DNA from: Phallusia mammillata
Lineage: Eukaryota
NCBI GenBank assembly: GCA_965637545.1
Contig: OZ281494.1
Location: forward strand, 5,518,001 to 5,582,000
DNA: 64,000 nt
Direction of reading: 5' to 3'
Below, one piece after another: positions 1 through 12,496 of the stretch. The position numbers and the translations under genes are program-made. Within the stretch, counting starts at the first letter, position 1, and each line of letters opens with the position of its first letter. The notes beneath the pieces are model-generated. The model had not been told where the DNA came from and did no database searches. It saw nothing but the letters and a program-made list of their open reading frames with translations.

Positions 1-1489
1 CTTGGTTTTGTTTTGACGCTATTCTTTCTCAGTCATACATATACACCATTCTCTTTTATTTAATTGACAAGTTTTATTTTTTCATTTTGGAATTTCGACT
101 TAAGCACGCTTGAGTTTAACAGTTCGGTGATGTAGCAAAGTTTGGTATTTTGGCAATTAAAATCATTTAGGGAGTTCTTAAAAACGTTGAAAAACTAATG
201 TTACCAAGGATTGTGATACTCAGTATCAATACTGACGATGCTGTAATAGCGAAATATATATATCTTTAAAACCAAAGGGTGAACGACTAAGTGATTTGTC
301 GGAACTTACACCAAGGATTGTGGTTTCTGTGTTTGATTTTGGGATAGAGATTTTGCATGTTGTGTTGTCGTTCGTTTTCGTGCAAAGTGCTGCTCAGATT
401 TTATACGATATAATGGATTATAATCGTTAGTATTACATTTTAATGAGACGAAATAAGGTAACAATAAAATAATATTTGTGATTTGTTGAACAACAAAGTG
501 TGGACGTTACATCAAAACCTCATAAAATAGATAACGAGGTGTTTCAAAACTGCAATTCAAAAATGTGAGAGATTGAATTTATTGACGTACGTGACACACA
601 TACAGTTAATTAGCTTAGTTAAAACTGAACTTCATGCTAAACACCTACGGCTAAGCAACAATTGTCAACAACAGGAAAATATTCTTTGCAAAAAGCATCT
701 TTTTTGGCAGCTAACTTTCAAGACTTTTTGAGTTTAAGTACCTGACTAGCAAAACAGCATTTCTGGGTTAACACAACTCATGCACCTCAACAGGCAAAGG
801 AATTGAATGCTACAAATGTGACACAGACGGAAATTACACGAAAGAAAAGTACAAGACAGTGATCAATCAAAAAACAAAGTACACGAAACATAATTATACA
901 AAATATTGGGTCACAATGTTGTACAGTGTTCGTGAGGTCACGATATAAAAAACTTATTTTTATGTTTGAATATTCAAAACATCATTACAATGAATGTAAT
1001 TTTGGAATAAACCACCCTTTTCTAGAACTACCAATGAAGCTGTCTTGACTTTAACTGTCCCTATTGTAAAACAAGGCCAACATATAGTTTGTGCTAAAAT
1101 ACCCGACATCAAACTGAAAGCACCATGACTCAGCACATTTTGGTTGAGAAATAATTAAAATGTGGTTGAAGAAAAACATGTACATGTTGTATTTCACAGC
1201 ACAACAAAAATATCTCTAAAAACTTAATTATCTGTTACATTGTGCATAATTATTACTTGAAGTGTGTACAAAATAAACAAATACAAGCATACTATTTAGA
1301 ATCTGCTATTTGAAAAAAATTCATTGAGCTGATTGCAACGACAATCAAAAGGAATAAATTAATACTAATTCGGTCAAATAGAGATTGCAATGAGATGAAT
1401 TAATTTGTTAAATTCACACTTTTTTATTTTTAAGTGTCATAACGTTTTTACAATACTGTTCTATTAGGCCAAAGTGACAACCGCATTGA

Positions 1490-2740
1490 AGTCTTGCCGC
1501 AATTTGACGAGTTTTGCGAGGGCGATGACTATAATGGCTTCGGTGATCTTGATTTCACGGATGTGCGAAAATATTTTAAGTGGAAACCACTTTGTGTAAG
1601 CAATCTGTTAGTTTCAGCACATCAGCTTGTTTTTGTTTCCCAGTTTTGTAGGGAGCAGAACGACATATTATTTGACTCACTGACATACGACATTGTATCA
1701 TAGGTTGTTTTAAATTTGAACATATTTGATACTGCATGGTGTTGAAATATCAATAATTAAGGTCCCACCGATATGAAATTTACTAAACTTACAGATTAAT
1801 TTAGAGGCTAATAGGTTACACCAATTAGCAGAATAGAACAACTTTTCTGTATAACAGATGAATAGTAAAGACGTTATGCTTTCTGCCTTGGATGGCTGGA
1901 TGAAACGGGATCAAGAAAAAAGTAAACGTCAGAACTTGATACAGTGTTGGGAATCAACAGAAAGAAGTTAATATCGTCAATTAATAAAAAGTTAATACCG
2001 TCAATTAATAAAAGACAAAAATCGAATCTATTATTGACTAAATTTGCTGATATGCACAAATCTATTATAGACTAAAATTTTAATGTTGAATACAGATAGA
2101 CAAATCACAGCTAACCCAATCATTTTTATTTAGACCAAAGAAACACAGAAAAAGAGGCAAAAAAGATTTTTACGCGAATAAAAGTGTATGTCTGATAACC
2201 CCCGATGAGAAGCAATCATTCAAATAATGGCAGGATGTAAACAATTGTAAAGTGCCAGTACCGACATTGTTATTTGTGTTTATGATGTCATGCACTGTTT
2301 TCTAGTAGGTTTCCCAGTTTATTTTTCATGACATACATATATCCGTTACGACGTAAGCTGTTTTTTGGTCCCTGCCATACACTGATTGCATTATGCAATG
2401 ATCATTTGGCACATAAACTAAGCACAACTGTGGTACTTAATGATTGTGATGTGTCTGTAGGATCATCGAGTCGATGCGGTTATGACTGCTCATTGTGTAG
2501 CGCTGTGGAACAACAGCCGCAAGATCACCTTCAAACTTTACAGGAAACAAATCCACTTTTTCACGACCTGACTTGTGAGGACAGTGGCGTCGCAGTCCTT
2601 ACTTGTAGGTTGTGTGGAGAACAACATGTGGTACGGGCTGATGAACAAACATTAAAGGATAGGTTTAATTACACTGTAACGTTTGTGGAACGTTCCACCG
2701 TCAATAGGGACTAGAAAAAGGAGATCGACGCCAAAATAAA
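1490..2740 (+). pseudogene. Degenerate multi-exon gene remnant (BACK-domain-like pieces plus a CxxC..CxxC exon); second copy about 19420-20737
   Basis: Exon-like pieces read QFDEFCEGDDYNGFGDLDFTDVRKYF and VMLSALDGWMKRDQEK (BACK-like by eye); the last exon has CSLC..CRLC. There are indels between copies and no 5' end. Confidence 0.35.
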
Positions 2741-3471
2741 GGCTAATTGACCTATGATAGGAAAAGTAAAATTAAGAAAAATAACGATGTGGGTGGGATG
2801 AAAAAATCGAAAATTGATGTTTTAGTAAACATTTTTTTCTAGTTTTTGATAATTTGATATTTGGAAATACGTTAACCATAATTGGAAATCAGGCCAATTT
2901 TTCCCGTCCGGTTCGTATTTGCTCTTGAACAAACCGGGCTTGTTTCGGGGCTGGCTTTACACTTGGCCACGCTGTGTCACAATTTCACTTTGGTAATTCT
3001 TGGTTTTGGGTCTAAACTGGATCATACTTTTGGGTTTCGGGCCGAGTTCGAACTCTAACTTTGCGACCGTCTACTACTGTGACATAAAACTACAAGAACT
3101 TGTATGTACTGTAGTAACTTGATTGTGAAGTATAGCTGTGCTTGTGAATATATTGTGTACATGACTTGTATGTAAAATACAATCTGTGTAGCTTATGACA
3201 TCATTATTTGGATTTCGAAGCTGGGTCTGTTCAGGTAGTACTCCTGCACTTGTGTTGTAGATTTAAGATTTTTTTATAGATTTTTTTAGGGTGTATGATT
3301 TATTTCATACAAAAGCCTAATACAAAATTACTACTAAAAAAATCGGTGGAGAAGGACAGTACTAAACTTGTCATGAATTCGGAATGGATGTAGAAACTGA
3401 CACAGCACCTCTTTTGCAATAACTGATTACAGAGTAACTTTGTGGCATCATGCAATCGCACCACCTTCGGT

Positions 3472-3778
3472 CAGTGGTTCCCAAACTGTGGGCCATGGCC
3501 CAGTACTAGGCCACTAATACATTTTCAATGGGCCACAGAGCCATTTGAACAGATTCTACTGGTTTGTTGTACTGTAGATCTTATGAGGTTTGTGTTGAAA
3601 AACATATTATTTGTAAACAATAATTATTTAGCAAAAGTTACATAAGGTTTGGATTTACTTCTTTAAAAGATCATGCAACTTTAAATTTTAAAAAGAAAGA
3701 TTTGCAGTATGTGGTGAGCCACGAATCGCTACTAAATAGACATTTGGGCCACAGACCGAAAAAGTTTGGAAACCCCTG
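3472..3778. mobile_element. hAT-type MITE (paralog from 21477 is truncated)
   Basis: Termini CAGTGGTTCCCAAAC ... GTTTGGAAACCCCTG; degenerate 8-bp TSD. Confidence 0.75.
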
Positions 3779-5139
3779 CTATAGGGGATGCTACATCTGG
3801 CGAGCAATTTTGAACCCAAACGCTTTTTATAAAATTGAAAAGGACAACACTGTTTTTAACACAAACGACAAAGCTGCAGAAAATCAGCAAGGTAAACTAA
3901 AAGAGAATCGAGACTTTAAAAGGCTACTAGTAATTAATAATCTTGATAACCTTATTTGTCTGTTAATAACACATTACGCCGTTATGTCGAACATGAGAGT
4001 GTTATAATTTTTCTCCAACGATATTCTTGTTAATTTGGCTTTATCATTTGAAAGACTCTAGTTATTTCATCTCTCATCTTGTAAGTTGTAAGGCAAATTT
4101 GCGATTGTAAAGTATGCTTGTTTCCGTTTACATTGTAAGATTATTTTTTGTATCATAAACAGGCACAAAGTGCTGGCTAACAATTCGGTTTTGCACGTCT
4201 TTTATTGACTGTTTCAGTCAGTTTAAAAACACAAAGCTGTCCTCTGGCTTGCAGGTGTGCCAATTCAAGACGTGCACTGTAACCTTACTTCGAACCGGTT
4301 TAAATTGCTAAATACGAGAAGTGTTGTGGTCAGAGGCACATGGTGGATCAAGTAAATATTTTTTTCTATTTTGCTGAACGCAAAGGGACGAGGAAAACAT
4401 TTTCTCAAATCGACTTAAGCTATGAAACCAAGCAAGCTTCGTTGCATCACGAATAAACATCCAACGGTTTAAGGGAAACTAAAGAAAACTGCACAAATTC
4501 TTTGTGAATCTGAAACTTCGTGACATTAATATTATCAACGTCAGATCACGTTTCACGCCCCATTGTCAGATCTAAGGAAGTTTGAACTCGTCGTGTGTCT
4601 AGTTTCGTATATTTTTGTTGAAATAGGTGAGTTTCTGTTTGAGCAGTGAGCTAGTGAATCGAAGTTGATTATATTTTGACGGCTACCTCGAGAAATATAA
4701 CTGTAAATTTCCAGTCTATTGCAGATGTTAGAAATGCGCTAAACGTTAGGGATTTATATAAGCCGACGTTTCGACGTCATATACAGGTTGCGTTCATCAG
4801 GGTAAATAACAGTGAATGCGCGTGGAACAAGATCAATGATTTATTTCTTTTGACTTACAGCTGTATTTCGGTTGCGTTTCCTCATTTAATTTAAAGCAAT
4901 AATCGGTTTCTATGCAAAGTTTTAAATCGAGTTCGGTGCAATAATGAACTCACTGATTTCTCATCATATTGGCTAAAATGCAAATCAGATCGGAACGATT
5001 TTCATCAATGTTTTATCGCATAATGCAAAGTCAAGTCGGTGACCAAATTGTTCTCACCAACTTTGTGTCAACTTTGTTACCGACGGTTTGATGTCATGTA
5101 TTTAAATTTTCGCAGATTGAGTGCTGCTCGAGTATAATA

Positions 5140-8100
5140 ATGGCCAAAGTTGGGATCCTGCTATATCTATGCTGTATTTGTATGAAACAAGGTAAGAACC
5201 ACAGCAGGGTTTCAAATATATTAACAGCTAACCACGGTACATTAGACGAGGGTCTGACAACACATTTTTGCGCGAAGAACGTACAAAAGTCCCAACGTCT
5301 TACAACTCCACAAGCGAACATTTGTTTTGTAGTAAGCAACGCTCCTGGTAAGTCACTCTGCAGAGAGGAGGACGGCTACCATCGCTGCGTTGGATCCAAC
5401 TTGTGTATTCCGCGGTACATGGTTCACGATTATCACCCAGATTGTCCGGGAACTAACAAAAGCGATGAGTACATGGGTTCGTGATTTGTTTTGAATTGTT
5501 GATGTGGCATATCTGCACAAGTGCATGAACATTAAATGCAAAGACATTGGGATGGTTTTGCATCGCTTGCAGTGTTTCTTTGTCATACAAGTGCCACACA
5601 ACAGCAAAACTTTATGCTGCAAAAAAATCAAATATGAAAGTTTGTAACCGGTTTTCAGAAAACTTATCAAATGAATCACTTTATAATAATTTCACACACT
5701 ATCATTATTTGTCCAAAGATTCCCTCAAATGCAACGACGATGAAATCGTCTGCCGTTTTTCACAAAAGTGCGTACCTCGGCATCTGGTTAACACACCGGA
5801 AAGCTGCAAACTTAACGAAATATTGGTTTTACCATGCAGGAATGATTCAGGTAAGATGAGAGCAAAACACATTAAAAGTTATTCACAGTCAACACTCGCG
5901 TCTGGAAAAATATTGTGTCAATAAATTGGGCGACTCCATTTTCCATCAGGAGCAAACCAAAACGACTGATATGACTCGATCACTGACGTTTGTTTGTTAT
6001 AGAGTTCACATGCAAGCGAAGCAGGATTTGTATTCTACGTTGGCTGGTGCAAAACGGAAAGCGTGACTGTGACACGATGGTAGTGAAGGACGGAAGTGAC
6101 GAAGAAATGAGTCTCGCCTCGTGCGATATCTCAGAATTCTCTTGTTTCAAAAACAACACTGCTCCCCTGCAATGCATTCCAAGAGAATGGGTTCTGGACG
6201 GCGTAAATGACTGCACAAATGGACGGGATGAAGTTGACAAGTTGACAAGTTGTCACAATGTCACTGAGTTTCGATGTGAGTCAAATGGGAGATGCTTGGC
6301 AAGATATCGAGTATTAGATGGTTTTAACGATTGTCCCAATGCTTCTGATGAGAAGCAAGCTCTCAAATGCAGTCCAGACAAAGAGTTCCAATGCAGCGAC
6401 AACGGTCGTTGTATTCCTCGCTCGTGGCGAGGCAACACATTCGTGAACTGCAAAGACGGAAGTGACGAAGTTCCGTTGACAATGAGCGACACTTGTGTGG
6501 AGGGAGAGTTCCGTTGCAACAACAGCAAGCGATGTATTCCCAACTACTTGTTGTGCGACGGCATGGATCACTGCGGTGACTGCAGCGATGAGATTGAGAG
6601 CTGTAACGAGCCGAGGATGATTCGCTGCCCAAATGATCCTGGCACTTGCGTTGTCCGGACTTACTCGTGTGATGAATACTCAGATTGTCCAGGAAGTACC
6701 GAGGATGTTAGACAAGTTACCGGTTTTAAATGTAACAAGCAGATCGCTGGACTTGACAATCGCCTTGAATACTGCGTAATTCCACAATGGTCGTTAACAG
6801 ACGAATATCCAAACTGCCAAGACTCATCCGACTTATGTTTCGTAAACGGAACTTTCACTTGTCACCGCTGTCTGTATTCTGACATCATCATCTCACCAAA
6901 ACAGTTGTGTGACGGAATTTTCGACTGTCCAGATGTCACAGACGAATGCCTTTGCGCACAGAGTGTCCCAGCATCGGCTTCGTCAAGATATCTGTGTGAT
7001 AATGTTTGCTACGGAGTCCCTGGAAGCTCACCCTGCATTTTCTGTAGTCAAGGACAAGTTAAATGCGGTTCTGAAAACGTTTGTATTGCCAAGTCGCAAG
7101 TTTGTGACGGTAGAGTAGATTGTCCAATCACGAAGCTTGACGAGCTGAATTGTGGGAAACAGACCAAACAGAGCAGCATCAGAAATATTCCTGATTTTCA
7201 ATGCAACGGCATTAATTCTGAAGCACGAACTTTTGCTACACTTGTTATAAACAAGGACCTTGTTAACTCTTTTGCTCCAGTTCAAGCTAAAAGGTAAGAT
7301 CAAGTCTTCGAATTAAAAGTTTTTTTGCGCAAAACAGTAAATCGGAAATACAACTTCAGAAAAAAAATAAAAAATTCACTGCGGTACAATTTTGGCTCTT
7401 ACAAAATATATTTTGCAAAACTTTACAGTTTTAGATTCGATGACAAAACGAAAATGCAAGATAAAATCTTGTGTGCTTTGTACTTTACAGGTGTGATGGT
7501 ATTGTTGAATGTTCTGTGTTTGAGGATGAATGCAGCGAAAGAGCAAACTGCAGCAACCGACTTCCGATATGCGACCAAATTGCCAGTTTTGACGTAGGTT
7601 TTATAATCTCAAAAAATCTTATTTGCAATATCAGATGGTTATTATTTCGATTCTAACTCCAGGAGTTCAATTATTTCGGTTTTGCGTTGCACCCTTTTCC
7701 TAATTTGACTCAGTACTTTGTTGTCTTTTGTCACTTGTAAAGACAAAGCACGCACAGTGATCACGGTGTGTATTTGTTTATGATTTCCAGTTTCAAGTTC
7801 CTGCAAGTATGATTGGAGGTCAGCAAATATGGTTTGAATTGAGAAGGTGCACTCCGTTGGTGGACGTAATCTTTGGTAAATCGGTTTGCAACGGGATAGA
7901 CGAATGCAGAGAAGGATACGACGAAACAAATTGTCCCAACCAGTTTAAGTGCAACGCCGGCAAAGTGAACTCTATACTTCAAGGTAATATTTAACGTTTG
8001 TGTACCTAAGATTTATTCTGGAGAAGGCAAGAAAGTTTTTTTATTTATTAACTTCGTTAGCAACGCTTTTCTTAACATCGTCAGCAAAACATTTTTTTAA

Positions 8101-9867
8101 TGGTCACACATTTAGAGCAAAAAACTAAACCTCAGTTGTCAAAACATGTCTTTCAAAACTTGTCTGCGAGTAATTCTAACGTACTAACATTTCTTCACTT
8201 CAACATTGCGTTTGAAAGTGAGATAATAAATTGAAACAGTAATGAGCAAAATCGAAAAAAATAAATACGTACTACACTCAAGCTTTGAGACATTGCAGGG
8301 TCAGAAATCCCGATGTGGGAAGCTTTATTATTTGGGGTGCAAATCATTTAACCTTCGTTTTTGATGCGCCACAAAAAGTCTAAGATTAACCAAGTCCATT
8401 TGCATTAATCTGTCACCATATGCAGGTTTTCGCAATCGCATCAGCATTCCAGTAGACAAAACCTGCGATCTCGTGTCCGATTGCGCGAACTCGACTGATG
8501 AAGTGAACTGCTCGACCACCTCACACTTCTACTGCGGCAACAAAAAACCTATGTTTGTCCCAACGACCAAAGTCCTCGACGGTGTTTCTGACTGCAGCGA
8601 TTCCTCGGACGAATGTCCTCCAACCTACCTGCAAAACGACGCACTTGCATCCAACGAACAAATGATCAAAGTCCGCGCCCTGGAGATTCTTGTCTGGTTC
8701 ATGGCTGTCTTCGCGTTGTTTGGCAACCTGGCAGTCATGATGAAGACGGCACTTTACTTCCATCGGTTAACTAGCAACAAAACGCGTATCAAGTTGGGAT
8801 TAATAAATCGTGTATTGATATTTAATCTTGCGGTGTCGGATTTGCTGATGGGGATCGTTCTGCTGGTGATCGGGATTAAAGCCATTGAGTTTTCAGGCAT
8901 CTACTGTCTGTTTGACAAAGTGTGGAGATCAAGCGACTTGTGCAACGCCATTGGTGTCTTGACTGTAGTTTCAAGTGAAACATCGGTCCTTACCCTGGTT
9001 TGTATCACTTCATATCGACTCTACAGCGTCTTCAATCCCTTCAACTCGCGGAGCGTCAGAGCACGAATCGTTATGATGTGGATCTGCATCATCTGGCTCA
9101 TTTCCTTCCTTATCGCTTTACTTCCACTCTCCCGCGTCCTCTCATCCGATATGATCACCAGCGCTCAAATCACGCCAAGTCCGTATTTTCATACTGACAA
9201 AGTCTCAATCGCTGACGTCAGGCAGTTCGCGTTACGCATCGGTGCCCTCGAAAACAAAACTCAACCACAGGTCATGTCATATGACTGGGTTGACCTTGCT
9301 GACTTTTTAAAGTCGAGTCACAGCTCTTTGGCGCTCACGTGGGACAACTATTTCGGTTATTACAGCAGCAGTAGTGTTTGTATTCCTCGCCTGTTCCGCA
9401 TCAGCAAAGAGGAATCAAACGTAAATGTGATGTCATCAATCGTGATAACGTTTAACTTCGTCGCACTTTTGTACATCGCCACCGCGTATGTGATGATTTA
9501 CATGAAATCCCGCGATAGAGGGTTGGTGAAAGCGAACAACTATCAGATCAAGAAAATGCAGAAGAAAATCACGGTCCTCATAGCAACCGACTTCTGTTGT
9601 TGGTTGCCGATTTGTATCATGACTTTCATGAGCATGTCAGGTCACATTTTGACCCCAGACTCTTACGCAGTTTCAGCGATCGTCCTTCTTCCCATCAACA
9701 GCTCACTCAACCCGATAATCTACACCAACATTCCACAAACCATCTATATGAATGTAAAAAAATTAATAGATCGTGCCAGTTTGCCTACAAGGAAGAACTC
9801 TAATTTAGTTGCTTCCAGCGAAGGGCAACCATGCGCTACGGGAAATTCAAAAAGCTCGAAAGTCTGA
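5140..9867 (+). CDS. LDLa-repeat rhodopsin-family GPCR (GRL101/RXFP-like 7TM, no LRRs), copy A; about 1138 aa
   Basis: Exons joined at GT-AG sites: 5140-5191, 5333-5476, 5659-5850, 6003-7293, 7491-7593, 7791-7983, 8426-9867 (3417 nt, in frame). Signal peptide, many LDLa repeats (C..DG..DC.DGSDE), then a glycoprotein-hormone/RXFP-type 7TM (GNLAV, NLAVSDLLMG, SSETSV, TDFCCWLPI, LPINSSLNPIIY). Confidence 0.9.
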
Positions 9868-10634
9868 TTTAAACAGCACGATCAACATAAAACATCACAC
9901 CGAACCTCCTCTCATCCGACTGTTTGTCGATGATAGTAAAATAAACTTCCAAAATTAGTTAGCATGCAAAAAAATCCTTTCTTCTTCTCCTGTTGTGTAG
10001 TTAATTTAAAACAATGTCACACCAATCGGCACTTTGTTGTCTTTTTCAAAAATCAAACATAATACCATGTTCACAATATTTTGAATGGCCGCTTGTTAAT
10101 AAATGTGTGTGGAGTGTTCTTACGAGATGGGTTGATTTGAAAGTTAGTTTACTCTGAGTGTACGGTATTATTTCAAACACTGCTTAAAAAATACTAATAG
10201 ATAAAAGTTAAATCTTTAATACAGAAGAAAAGTAGGCCTAATAGCATAATCTCGAAATTAAGGTAGAACGTGACACAGCTGCAGTTTTGCAAACCGTGGT
10301 TAAAATTTAACTTGATGCAGCACAAAATTAAACACAAGGAAGAGCATGGCAAATGATTTTAAACGCGAAAGCTTTTTTTAAAAACTAAAGTGCACACACT
10401 GGGTTGTTTTAACATTCACAGTCACAGCATGCGGAATTAGCCAGCCAAACTAGAAGAGTTTTAAAATTGATATGAGACTTCACATGGATAGCATCAATCA
10501 ATAACCTAGATAACTTCCTAATAGGTAACAGCACACTGCACTTTCATGGCAAACGTACGTAAAGAGGTAAATGTTCTGTCAAACATATTTTTTGTCATCA
10601 GTAGCGAGGAATTAAATGCCAACATAAAATCATT

Positions 10635-11285
10635 AATTGTGATTACGATTAACTTTGTCGCACTTTTGTACATCGCCACCGCGTATGTGATGATTTACTG
10701 AAATCCCACAAAGGAGCGTAGGTGAAAGCGAACAACCATAAGATCAAGAGCATGCAGAAGAAAATCACGTTTTTCATAGCAACCGACTTCTGTTGTTGGC
10801 TGCCGATTTGCATCATTACTTTCATGAGCATGTCAGGTCACATTTTGACTCCAGGCTCTTACGCAGTTTCAGCGATCGTCCTTCTTCCCATCAAAAACTC
10901 ACTTAATCCAACAATCCACATTAACATCCCACATACCATCTACACGAATGTAAGGAATATAAAGTTGGCTAAATTAAGTTTCGCGTCTCGCAGTTATTTT
11001 CGACTCCGTATTTCATACAGTTATTTGAAATACAGGAACCTCAAAACATTGATCCAGCTTTGCCAGGGTGCCGCAAACTATTTATCTCATTGATAGGGTG
11101 CCGTAAGGTCAAAAAGGTAGGGAACCACTGATCTGCACCAACACCCAACAGACCATCTACTGAAAGATAAAGAAATTGAAAGATCGTGCCAGTTTGCCCA
11201 CAAGAAAGAATTTAATTGCTTCTAGTGAAGAGCAACCATGCGCTGCAGGGAATTTAAAAAGTTCGACACTCTTATTTAAACAGCA
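10635..11285 (+). pseudogene. Truncated TM5-TM7/C-tail fragment of the LDLa-GPCR, interrupted by a MITE end
   Basis: Matches the last part of the terminal exon of copy A (ATDFCCWLPICI..LPI.NSLNP); no 5' part, indels, and an insert ending ...GGGAACCACTG. Confidence 0.85.
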
Positions 11286-11697
11286 CTTCCCCTCTATACT
11301 GGTTTACGACAGAAAAGATTTACAACATGTGTAGTGATTTGAAATGTCAATTTTCAGCGTTAGGTACAACTGACTTACCTGTTTGTTTATTTTTCATTTA
11401 TGTACATTTGTAAATGCCGCTTGTACTGAGCCCACAAAAACATGACCAGTCGAAACCGCTATTGAACAAGTTTGAGTTTCTGGATTGTGTGATTTTACCA
11501 CTAGGTCCAATTATAATAAGTGCATCGATTATGATATTTGTATGAGTAAATGGAACAGCCCAAAAGTTCCAAGTAGTTAAAGGCTACAGATGCCGTAAAA
11601 ATTATGAAAATAACTAAATGTACAAATTTAGAAATTGTGTGTACTTATAAACATACGGTGTTTCCTGCTTCCATAAATACGATGATAAAAACATCAC

Positions 11698-11841
11698 CAT
11701 TATTATAAAAAAAATACCCTGCAATCTTAAAGGTATAGTCACACCAGTATTATTACAAAAAAATACGCTGCAATCGTAAAGGTATAGTCACACCAGTATT
11801 ATTACAAAAAAATACGCTGCAATCTTAAAGGTATAGTCACT
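11698..11841. repeat. 49-bp tandem repeat, 3 copies
   Basis: TATTATTACAAAAAAATACGCTGCAATCTTAAAGGTATAGTCACACCAG x3; single copy at the paralogous site near 30241. Confidence 0.9.
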
Positions 11842-12496
11842 CCGTGTAGTCCACAGCAAGGGACCAGAAGTATAAGTAATTAAATACAAAAACCGCCGCA
11901 CTGGTCTTAGGACCATACCACATATACATTTTTTGAACACCATTTTAAGTTTAAAATGTATATTGCTATTGAAGCAGTTGTTGACGACATTGAATTAGGA
12001 CCGCAAATAAGTCCTTACAAATCCACATTGCCATGACGTAGTAGTCATTGATACTCTATGGAATCAAAACGACGCAAATAATTGACAACTGTAATTAACC
12101 TTTCCTACCTCTTATCGTACACTGCATCCTGTCATAACGCAAGAAATACTGAGCTTGTTCCGTTCAAATTAAACTGGTTATGTGTGATAATTAAATAGAT
12201 TGAGCTGTATGGAATGATATTTAGCTGTGTCTGTTATGTGGCAAAGAATTATTCCTCGTTGTTTGTGCAGGTGTTAGTTTAATTAAATGTTGTCTCTGAT
12301 TGAATATATAGTCAGTTGGATTTTAGTGTTTGTTTGTAGTCTTGTGTTACATTTCAGTAAATGTTGTGATGGCGAGATAATGGTGATTAGGCATTGAAGT
12401 TGATACAAATGTTTCTTTTGCCTATAAACGAAACAGCTAGGCTAGTATTTCTATATAGTGTGCTTTAAATCAAAATCAACTGTGATTGTAACAAGG

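Noticed and set aside
5101-5139. Spliced-leader trans-splice acceptor before the GPCR ATG
   Set aside because: The TTTTCGCAG acceptor is real-looking, but a candidate cis donor exists near 4628; cannot be distinguished without RNA.
5980-7303. Antisense and alternate-frame ORFs over GPCR and pol exons
   Set aside because: Shadows of the true coding frames with no independent protein features.
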